Below, piece after piece: positions 8,246 through 14,742 of a stretch of 52,290 bases of DNA. Numbering within the stretch: the first letter of the stretch is position 1; every line of letters begins with the position of its first letter. Source of the stretch: a virus (taxonomy: Duplodnaviria > Caudoviricetes); IMG/VR virus record IMGVR_UViG_3300024259_000046, positions 1-52,290 of that record; one strand, written 5' to 3'. The translations under genes and the position numbers were made by a program. The notes under the pieces are model-generated. The model was not told the origin of the DNA and did no database searches. It worked only from the letters and a program-made list of their open reading frames with translations.

Positions 8246-8350
8246 ACGACTTTGACGGTAGTTTGATCGAAAACAATTTACGGAGCTTCTAGACAGACCG
8301 TAAAGAGACGCGCTAGCTTCGAATAGCGCCCCGATAAGGTAAAAAATTAT

Positions 8351-8424
8351 AGTCCTTTAGTTCAAAAGGAGAACGCCTGTTTTACAAGCAGGATACGAGG
8401 GAGCATTACCTTCAAGGACTACCA
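8351..8424 (+). tRNA. tRNA-Val(UAC), non-canonical T-loop
   Basis: Loop ttTACaa; T-loop AGCATTA; CCA. Confidence 0.82.
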
Positions 8425-8430
8425 TATCAA

Positions 8431-8500
8431 GGCCTCGCCGCGAACGGCTGAAAACCCTGACGAGGGGATAATCATGGTTCAATTCCATGAGAGGTTACAA
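8431..8500 (+). ncRNA. Degenerate tRNA-like RNA (possible Val-GAC relic)
   Basis: GGCCTC/GAGGTT stem, GCCG-CGAA-CGGC arm, ctGACga loop, CATGG-TTCAATT-CCATG T-arm; no CCA. Confidence 0.5.
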
Positions 8501-8503
8501 TAC

Positions 8504-8579
8504 AGAGTGAAAGCAATTGTGGTCAATGCACCTGCTTGAAACACAGGCCAATTCGGTTCGAAACCGGGTCACTCTACCA
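8504..8579 (+). tRNA. tRNA-Phe(GAA)
   Basis: Loop ttGAAac, CCA. Confidence 0.85.
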
Positions 8580-8649
8580 AAAAGCTGTGTGATGGGGTAG
8601 GTCCATCTTGGCGGTTACGGCTACGGCATAACCGGACGGACAAATTAAA

Positions 8650-8721
8650 GCGGCTGGTGTCTGGTGCTCACAGAGGTCTTCCAAACCACTAGTCAGGGTT
8701 CGATTCCCTGTTGCCGCTCCA
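8650..8721 (+). tRNA. tRNA-Gly(UCC)
   Basis: GCGGC acceptor, U73, loop ctTCCaa, CCA. Confidence 0.85.
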
Positions 8722-8728
8722 AGGAATA

Positions 8729-8802
8729 GGTCGAAAATGAGGGTTTCGAAACCCCTCTCCCGAGCAACAGTCTCGGGGTCGTCTAAAGGCAGGACGTCGG
8801 CC
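8729..8802 (+). ncRNA. Circularly permuted tRNA / YrlA-like Y RNA
   Basis: Order is T-arm, loop-closed acceptor stem, D-arm, all enclosed by GGTCGA/TCGGCC. Confidence 0.7.
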
Positions 8803-8810
8803 GCGATTAT

Positions 8811-8882
8811 GGTGTTTGTTCCTGAGTGGACTCTTCGGCTGTGACCCGAGGAGATTGGGGGCAGTACCCAACATTCACCCCA
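8811..8882 (+). tRNA. tRNA-His(GUG)
   Basis: G-1/C73, loop ctGTGac, CCA; atypical T-loop GGCAGTA. Confidence 0.8.
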
Positions 8883-8968
8883 ATTAGGTTGAGAAGCCGC
8901 TACCGGCGTCGTTGGCCCGAGTCGTTGCGTAGGCATCCGGAATCGGGTCATATTTTCAAGGCGAAGGC

Positions 8969-9085
8969 ATGCAGTATATTTTTTGGACATGCAAAAGGTG
9001 CGGTAAGAATGTTGGCCCTTGGGTCAAGTTTGTAGAATTTGTTTTTAATACACATCAGCATACGTGTATAAAGTTTCAACTATAG
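8969..9085 (+). CDS. 38-aa Cys/His peptide (possible Zn finger) inside the tRNA array
   Basis: MQYIFWTCKRCGKNVGPWVKFVEFVFNTHQHTCIKFQL; AAGGC upstream. Confidence 0.45.
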   Translation: MQYIFWTCKRCGKNVGPWVKFVEFVFNTHQHTCIKFQL

Positions 9086-9159
9086 TATTGTCGTCTAACT
9101 GGTAAGACGCCGGTCTGTTAAACCGGAAAATGTAGGTTCGAATCCTACTGATACTGCCA
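9084..9159 (+). tRNA. tRNA-Asn(GUU)
   Basis: Loop ctGTTaa, G73, CCA. Confidence 0.9.
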
Positions 9160-9168
9160 ATTCAGAGC

Positions 9169-9242
9169 GGGTCAATGGTGTAGTGGTAACATAGATGCCT
9201 CCAAACCATTTGACTGGGGTTCGATTCCTCGTTGGCCCGCCA
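9169..9242 (+). tRNA. tRNA-Trp(CCA)
   Basis: Loop ctCCAaa, G73, CCA. Confidence 0.85.
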
Positions 9243-9340
9243 GATATACTTGGGTAAGGGTCTACAAGTCGTGCGGTGATCACGTTAAAACGCCCGAGGG
9301 TGGTGCGGCGAACCTCGCAAAAAACCGCTCCCCAAATTAT

Positions 9341-9414
9341 TGCGGTGAGAATTGGTAATTCAACCACGGCTCATATCCGTGGCTCCGCGGGTTCAATTCC
9401 CGTCGCCGCTACCA
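9341..9414 (+). tRNA. tRNA-Met(CAU), initiator-like
   Basis: Loop ctCATat; U1.U72 mismatch, G2-C71, C3-G70, A73. Confidence 0.85.
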
Positions 9415-9417
9415 ACA

Positions 9418-9491
9418 TAGGGTGTAGTATTAATTAAATACGTTCGGGAAATCGAGTACCGGAAGATGTGGGCCAAACCCCTCCACCCCAG
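9418..9491 (+). ncRNA. tRNA-like cloverleaf with an 11-nt anticodon loop
   Basis: TAGGGTG/CACCCCA, GTAT/ATAC D-arm, TTCGG-GAAATCGAGTA-CCGGA, GTGGG/CCCTC T-arm. Confidence 0.55.
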
Positions 9492-9497
9492 AAATAC

Positions 9498-9571
9498 GGC
9501 TTTATAGCTTAATGTAAAGCACCATCCTGTCAAGATGGGAGACACGGTATCGATCACCGTTAAGGCCGCCA
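9498..9571 (+). tRNA. tRNA-Asp(GUC)
   Basis: Loop ctGTCaa, G73, CCA. Confidence 0.87.
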
Positions 9572-9631
9572 TACGCAATGCATTAGAGAGTTGGGCTGGC
9601 TCTAGTGGGCGAAACTGGTCCACCAAATTAA

Positions 9632-9705
9632 CGCGGTGTCTTCTAATGGCAAGAAACCCGGCCGATAACCGGGCAACGAAGGATCGATACCTTCCACTGC
9701 TACCA
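9632..9705 (+). tRNA. tRNA with GAU anticodon (Ile) on an initiator-like body
   Basis: Loop ccGATaa; acceptor CGCGGTG/CACTGCT-A; CCA. Confidence 0.82.
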
Positions 9706-9713
9706 AATAGTGA

Positions 9714-9792
9714 TGTTGGTTCGTTCAAAATGGACTAAGGATACTGGGCTTTGAACCCGGTGATGTGGGTTCGAGTCCCACACCGACTTCCA
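9714..9792 (+). tRNA. tRNA-Gln(UUG)
   Basis: Loop ctTTGaa, CCA. Confidence 0.88.
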
Positions 9793-9800
9793 AAATAAAT

Positions 9801-9877
9801 GCTCCTCTAGCCCAATTGGCAGAGGCACCCGGCTTAGACCCGGTCCAGTGAGGGTTCGAATCCTTCGGGGAGTACCA
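9801..9877 (+). tRNA. tRNA-Leu(UAG), short variable loop
   Basis: Loop ctTAGac, A73, CCA. Confidence 0.9.
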
Positions 9878-9881
9878 ATAC

Positions 9882-9958
9882 GCTCGTGTAGCCCAATTGG
9901 AAGAGGCGACTGGCTCAAACCCAGTTGGTTGAAGGTTCGAATCCTTCCATGAGTACCA
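9882..9958 (+). tRNA. tRNA-Leu(CAA), short variable loop
   Basis: Loop ctCAAac, CCA. Confidence 0.9.
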
Positions 9959-9959
9959 A

Positions 9960-10036
9960 GCTCTTCTAGCCCAACTGGTAGAGGCAGGCGCCTTAAAAGC
10001 GCCAAAGTGTAGGTTCGAATCCTACGAGGAGTACCA
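9960..10036 (+). tRNA. tRNA-Leu(UAA), short variable loop
   Basis: Loop ctTAAaa, CCA. Confidence 0.9.
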
Positions 10037-10042
10037 AATTAC

Positions 10043-10122
10043 GTCACTGTCTTCTAAACAAGGACTAGGAATCTGGGTTTTCACCCCGGACAATGCGGGT
10101 TCGAGCCCCGTCAATGACCCCA
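10043..10122 (+). tRNA. tRNA-Glu(UUC)
   Basis: Loop ttTTCac, CCA. Confidence 0.85.
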
Positions 10123-10128
10123 ATTAAC

Positions 10129-10204
10129 GCCCTGTTAGTTCAACTGAACAGAGCACTTGGCTACGAACCATGAAATGCGGGTTTGAATCCTGCACAGGGC
10201 TCCA
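10129..10204 (+). tRNA. tRNA-Arg(ACG)
   Basis: Loop ctACGaa, CCA. Confidence 0.88.
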
Positions 10205-10251
10205 AATTATGACAACTTCAACTCAAAAGACTAAACACGGCGACAAATTAT

Positions 10252-10328
10252 GCCTCCGTGGTGAAATTGCGTATCACATCGGTCTTTTAAACCGTAAGTT
10301 GCAGGTTCGAGTCCTGTCGGGGGCACCA
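10252..10328 (+). tRNA. tRNA-Lys(UUU)
   Basis: Loop ctTTTaa, CCA. Confidence 0.88.
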
Positions 10329-10345
10329 ATAGCTTAAGGAGACGA

Positions 10346-10420
10346 CCTCCTGTAGCTCAATGGCAGTAGCACCGGCCTTATAAGCCGGCGACCTTGGATC
10401 GTAACCAAGCAGGAGTACCA
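10346..10420 (+). tRNA. tRNA-Ile(UAU)
   Basis: CCGGC-ctTATaa-GCCGG; C1.U72; T-loop ATCGTAA; CCA. Confidence 0.82.
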
Positions 10421-10426
10421 AATTAC

Positions 10427-10502
10427 GCCCTGTTAGTTCAACTGAACAGAGCACCGGGTTTCTACCCCGGGGATACGGGTTTGAATCCTGTACAGGGCCC
10501 CA
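10427..10502 (+). tRNA. tRNA-Arg(UCU)
   Basis: Loop ttTCTac, CCA; 5' 28 nt identical to tRNA-Arg(ACG). Confidence 0.88.
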
Positions 10503-10508
10503 TAATAA

Positions 10509-10586
10509 CTGTGAGTAAGTCAGTCTGGCCAGACGACCCGCTTTGGAAGCGGGGGGACGCAGGTTCGAATCCTGCCTCGCAGACCA
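10509..10586 (+). tRNA. tRNA-Pro(UGG)
   Basis: C1-G72, A73, loop ttTGGaa, CCA. Confidence 0.9.
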
Positions 10587-10593
10587 ATTCGTC

Positions 10594-10758
10594 ATGAAGA
10601 CAATTCCAATAAACCATGTCCTTAACCAAATGCAGTCTAAACGCTTTCACACCAAAGTGAAAGCTGATAAAACGAAGTACGACCGAAAGAGGGAGAAAAG
10701 GCATGAAGAACGCGATGGAAGTTATTCGCAAGGCAAAGATTATAGATCATCCCACTAA
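10594..10758 (+). CDS. Small basic protein, ArfA-like pattern
   Basis: INHVLNQMQSKRFHTKVKADKTKYDRKREKRH. Confidence 0.45.
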   Translation: MKTIPINHVLNQMQSKRFHTKVKADKTKYDRKREKRHEERDGSYSQGKDYRSSH

Positions 10759-11413
10759 AACGGATGCGTACGAATTCAAAATCTGCGTAATGGGCTTTGG
10801 TCCGTCTAACGCGGAAGCCCCACTGGATGATCCAAGCTGGAAAAAGTTTGGGCTCCCGTGGGATGACAAATGGGAGAAGTTCGATAATCTCTACGAAATG
10901 CATGAACAGAATGTCATGCAACTTTCGAACGCACTGGTGCTCACCGAAGAGTGGACCGGCGAACGAATTGAAACACAAGCCCACCGACCACAGAATTACC
11001 TCAAGATTTTAGATCAGATCACAAAAGACCCAGATAAAACCCTATATATGCAGGAAGCGTACTTCCCCGGGGTATTGGCGTACCCGTTCGAGAAAGTCAT
11101 AGCGAACACCAGAGATTATTTTATTTCCTCAATAACTTACATGCTCTCTCACGCTATTTCTATGAACCCAACACATCTCGCGTTGTACGGCATTGACCTG
11201 ATGCCAGACGAGGAATGGGACTACCAACGCGCTTGCGTTGAGTATTTACTGGGGGTTGCAGAGGGTAGGGGCATCAAAGTGACTATCCCAGACGGTTCAG
11301 CGCTGTTAAAGTTTCAACCGCAACTGGTCCGGTTTGGCGCTATTTTTATTGAATACCATGAAAGATATGGTATACTGGGACCGAAACCTCAAAAATTTCA
11401 AAGGTGGCTATGA
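10703..11413 (+). CDS. Conserved phage protein, possible sialyltransferase/MptE-like Rossmann fold
   Basis: VMGFGPS, SSITYMLSHA, LALYGIDL, EWDYQRACVEY motifs. Confidence 0.45.
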   Translation: MKNAMEVIRKAKIIDHPTKTDAYEFKICVMGFGPSNAEAPLDDPSWKKFGLPWDDKWEKFDNLYEMHEQNVMQLSNALVLTEEWTGERIETQAHRPQNYLKILDQITKDPDKTLYMQEAYFPGVLAYPFEKVIANTRDYFISSITYMLSHAISMNPTHLALYGIDLMPDEEWDYQRACVEYLLGVAEGRGIKVTIPDGSALLKFQPQLVRFGAIFIEYHERYGILGPKPQKFQRWL

Positions 11414-11961
11414 CGGAAGAGACTGTATTTGGGGAAATCCCCATTCAAGGTCCAGTGGCCCCTACGGTAAAACGTAAGGCTGGAAGACCAAGAGGATCAA
11501 AAGGTAAAAAACCAAAGTTTGAACCAACCGAGGAACAAAGACATCTGGTTAATATGATGTCTACTTCCGGGGTTAAACAGGTCGACCAAGCCAAGGCTCT
11601 TGGGATTCACGAACATACCCTCCGGAAGTTTTTCAGACAAGAACTGGACCACGGCAAAGTGGTGTGCACCAGCCATGTGGTAGGCGCTTTGTACAATAAC
11701 GCCGTCGTTAAAGGGAATGTGACGGCTCAAATTTTCTGGTTGAAGTCACAGGCGGGCTGGCGGGAAGCTGACCGACTGGAGCTCACGGGCGCTAATGGTA
11801 AGAGCCTTGAGAACTTGACTGATACTGACAAGGAACAACGCATCATGAATGCCATGATGAAGGCTAAAGGGATACTCCCAAGAAATATTGAACCAATAGA
11901 GGTTGCGAATGTGGATTCTGGTATTCATCCAATTAACCCTAGCACCGTACCCGCAGGTTGA
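11410..11961 (+). CDS. terS: Terminase small subunit
   Basis: HTH (QAKALGIHEHTLRKFF), GNVTAQIFWLK; upstream of TerL. Confidence 0.75.
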   Translation: MTEETVFGEIPIQGPVAPTVKRKAGRPRGSKGKKPKFEPTEEQRHLVNMMSTSGVKQVDQAKALGIHEHTLRKFFRQELDHGKVVCTSHVVGALYNNAVVKGNVTAQIFWLKSQAGWREADRLELTGANGKSLENLTDTDKEQRIMNAMMKAKGILPRNIEPIEVANVDSGIHPINPSTVPAG

Positions 11962-12112
11962 GCAGTTGATTTTTTCTCCCCAACCATATTACAGTGAAGA
12001 ATCATGTATTATGGAAGTGAGAAAAATAGTTCAGACAGAACGGGCGGAAGGCCGCGAAATACCTAAGACAATGTTCATGACTTGCGAACCTTTCCCGAAA
12101 CGAGGAGTTTAG
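11903..12112 (+). CDS. Small secreted/membrane protein
   Basis: Hydrophobic N-terminus, two Cys. Confidence 0.5.
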   Translation: MRMWILVFIQLTLAPYPQVEQLIFSPQPYYSEESCIMEVRKIVQTERAEGREIPKTMFMTCEPFPKRGV

Positions 12113-12153
12113 ATGGCGAATTTAACACACGGGATGAGGCGGTAGCATAATAT

Positions 12154-13746
12154 ATGGTTGAATTGGAAAATTTGCTGGAGCAGTATAACTCACTGCCCCC
12201 AGCGGAAAAGGCAGAAATTGATCACATGCTTCTGGATGATGCCAATGAAGTACCTTGGCGTCCCCTGATAAACGTAAAAAATCCAGAACAGATCACCCCT
12301 CAAAAACAGGCGTATGATTCCCTCGCCGACATATTACTTTTCGGGGGTGCGGCTGGAGGGGGGAAATCAAGTCTGATGATTGGGCTGGCTTTAACGGCCC
12401 ACAAACGTTCTGTAATTTACAGGCGTGAAGTCAAACAACTGGGACCATTCGAAGATGAAATCATCAGAATCAGAAAAACCAGAGTCGGGTTCAACGGCCA
12501 ATTACATCGCTTTGATTTGGGTAAAGACCGGGGAATTCGCTTGGGTGGGATGCAATACGCGGGAGATGAGATCGCTTACATGGGAGACCCCCGTGATCTT
12601 ATTTGTTTCGATGAATTAACACAATTTTTGGAGTCACAATTTCGTTTTGTTACAACATGGAATAGAACAACCGATCCGAACCAACGCTGTCGAATTGTCT
12701 GTGCTACCAACCCTCCGACTACCGCAGAGGGGCAGTGGGTTATCGACTATTGGGCTCCGTGGCTTGATCGAGAGCATCCAAACCCAGCTAGGCCGGGTGA
12801 GTTACGTTGGTTCATCAGTGACGAAGACGGTAAAGACAAAGAAGTAGAAGGTGGGGAACCAATTTGGATGGGGAATGACTGGGTTCAGCCCCGGTCAAGA
12901 ACATTTATCCCGTCCTGTATTGACGATAATCCGTTCTTGATCAATTCTGGATACAAAGCGGCTCTTCAAGCGCTTCCAGAGCCTCTAAGATCGCAGATGC
13001 TGATGGGGGACTTCTCCGCCGGAGTCAGAGACGACCCGTGGCAGGTTATTCCTACCGCATGGATCGAGGCCGCTCAAGAACGTTGGACAGAAAGCCCGCC
13101 AAAAGGGGCGAAAATGGACACTCTCGGTACCGATCCGGCGCGAGGCGGAGAAGACGACTTCGTAATGACGCCGAGATATGGCAATTGGGTTGGTGAACAA
13201 ATAGTTTTACCGGGCTGTTCGACACCAGACGGCCCTTCCGGAGCCGCGATATGTACAACGTACGTCAGAGATGGCGCACAAATCATGCTGGACATCATCG
13301 GTGGCGCCGGTGCATCAATATTTGACCACTTAAGAGGGAATGGGATAAATGTCCATGCCATAGACGGTAGAAAGAAGTCATTCGAACGCGACGAATCGGG
13401 CTCATTAGAGTTTTTCAACGAAAGAAGTATGATGTGGTGGCGGGCGCGAGAGGCGTTGAACCCTGCGAACCCCGTCAAGCTGGCAATACCACCAAGCCGT
13501 GCCATGAAAACGGATTTAACGGCCCCCAAGTGGCAATTAACGACCCGGGGCATCCAAGTTGAAGGTAAATCGACCGAATGTAAGGACGGGTTCGGCGATT
13601 TGAAGAAAAGACTCGGCAGATCGCCGGACAAAGGTGATTCCTTCGTCTATTGTCTCCCTAAAGCGAAAAAACGGCTTGGGTTTGGCGCGCAGATGCCAAC
13701 AAGGACAAATTCGAAGTATAGACCCCAAAGGGGTATGATGAGATGA
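12154..13746 (+). CDS. terL: Terminase large subunit
   Basis: Walker A GGAAGGGKS, Walker B FDELTQF, ATNP, nuclease GTDPARGGEDD and RSPDKGD. Confidence 0.95.
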   Translation: MVELENLLEQYNSLPPAEKAEIDHMLLDDANEVPWRPLINVKNPEQITPQKQAYDSLADILLFGGAAGGGKSSLMIGLALTAHKRSVIYRREVKQLGPFEDEIIRIRKTRVGFNGQLHRFDLGKDRGIRLGGMQYAGDEIAYMGDPRDLICFDELTQFLESQFRFVTTWNRTTDPNQRCRIVCATNPPTTAEGQWVIDYWAPWLDREHPNPARPGELRWFISDEDGKDKEVEGGEPIWMGNDWVQPRSRTFIPSCIDDNPFLINSGYKAALQALPEPLRSQMLMGDFSAGVRDDPWQVIPTAWIEAAQERWTESPPKGAKMDTLGTDPARGGEDDFVMTPRYGNWVGEQIVLPGCSTPDGPSGAAICTTYVRDGAQIMLDIIGGAGASIFDHLRGNGINVHAIDGRKKSFERDESGSLEFFNERSMMWWRAREALNPANPVKLAIPPSRAMKTDLTAPKWQLTTRGIQVEGKSTECKDGFGDLKKRLGRSPDKGDSFVYCLPKAKKRLGFGAQMPTRTNSKYRPQRGMMR

Positions 13747-14030
13747 CGGTCCGGAGAGTATTTTACGGCCACAACCAGATAAAGAAGAAAAAACCGGTTG
13801 AAGAAGAAGAAGCCCCCGTGGTTACTGCGCCGGAACCGGTGGAAGAGGAGGTTGATGACGGCAGTCTAAAGCTTACCCCGGAAGAAATCAAGAACGGTTG
13901 GACTCCGGAGTCGCTACAGGCGTATATTGACGGCCGCAACGTGGCCCAGTCGAATAACATCCTGAATAAGCCCAAAGTGCGCCCAAGAATGCAGAAAAGT
14001 AAGTATAACCCTCATAAATGGAGAAGATAA
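13743..14030 (+). CDS. Hypothetical protein
   Basis: ATGA-coupled to terL. Confidence 0.7.
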   Translation: MTVRRVFYGHNQIKKKKPVEEEEAPVVTAPEPVEEEVDDGSLKLTPEEIKNGWTPESLQAYIDGRNVAQSNNILNKPKVRPRMQKSKYNPHKWRR

Positions 14031-14140
14031 TGTCCAAAAAGACCAAAAAAGGCGACGATGGCAAACGAGATGGAGTTAAAAAGCCAAATACACAATCTCA
14101 AGGCGGAATTGTCAAAAGACCTCAATTAGGTTCAAAATGA
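14030..14140 (+). CDS. 36-aa basic peptide
   Basis: TAATG and ATGA overlaps with both neighbours. Confidence 0.45.
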   Translation: MSKKTKKGDDGKRDGVKKPNTQSQGGIVKRPQLGSK

Positions 14141-14514
14141 AGTGCGTTGTAACATTTAGGCCTTCGCACGGGCCGGTTCGGCACCCACTGGACTGGATGC
14201 TGAAAGAAGGCTTCAAACACTGTGCCATAGCGGTCAGAACCGCGCAGGGCTGGATTGAAATCGATTATGCTATTGGGGTGCCGATTGTCAAAGTTATCGC
14301 CGGCAGAGATTTCGATATTGAGCAATGGTACAAAAATCAAGGATTCATTACATTCACAACGAAACAGGCTATAAATAAACACTTCCGTTTTAACCTGTTT
14401 CGTGGTAACATGTTTGTATCTAACTGTGTTGGGCTGGTAAAAGCTATCTTAGGCGTGAGCTATTTTTCCATTACCCCTTATCAACTTTACAAGAGACTAA
14501 AAAAATGTCATTGA
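14137..14514 (+). CDS. Permuted papain-like (NlpC/P60 YiiX-type) protein
   Basis: GFKHC...SNCVGLV...ITPYQLY. Confidence 0.5.
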   Translation: MKCVVTFRPSHGPVRHPLDWMLKEGFKHCAIAVRTAQGWIEIDYAIGVPIVKVIAGRDFDIEQWYKNQGFITFTTKQAINKHFRFNLFRGNMFVSNCVGLVKAILGVSYFSITPYQLYKRLKKCH

Positions 14515-14738
14515 TCCCCGGTTTTGGTTCCAGTCCCCCAGCGCCTCCGCCACCTCCTCCGCCACCTCCGCCACCGCCACAGCGGGCGGACCCTGCTATT
14601 GCGGCCGCGAAGAAGAAATTAGTAGACAGTGAAAAAAACCGTAGAGGTCGTGCGGGTTCTCAATTAACAGGAACGAATGTTAGCGGTGGCAGTGTATTAA
14701 GGGCAACGGCCGGGACTGACGAAAACACACTAGGATAA
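14505..14738 (+). CDS. Polyproline virion protein (T7 gp7.3-like position), paralog 1
   Basis: MSLIPGFGS, P12 tract, RRGRAG, ends LG. Confidence 0.7.
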   Translation: MSLIPGFGSSPPAPPPPPPPPPPPPQRADPAIAAAKKKLVDSEKNRRGRAGSQLTGTNVSGGSVLRATAGTDENTLG

Positions 14739-14742
14739 CAAT

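Noticed and set aside
8167-8345. tmRNA
   Set aside because: The Ala tRNA is a complete cloverleaf; no tag reading frame or second acceptor half was found
8456-8515. Hammerhead ribozyme (CTGACGA)
   Set aside because: No correctly placed stem II-GAAA or stems I/III
9801-10036. Suppressor tRNAs or stop-codon recoding (anticodons TAG, TAA, and TGA at 7711)
   Set aside because: These anticodons read CUA, UUA and UCA; no CUA/UUA/UCA anticodon was found, and genes are intact in the standard code
7596-10731. Many 60-140-aa ORFs on both strands across the tRNA array
   Set aside because: They overlap clear tRNA cloverleaves and are shadow frames
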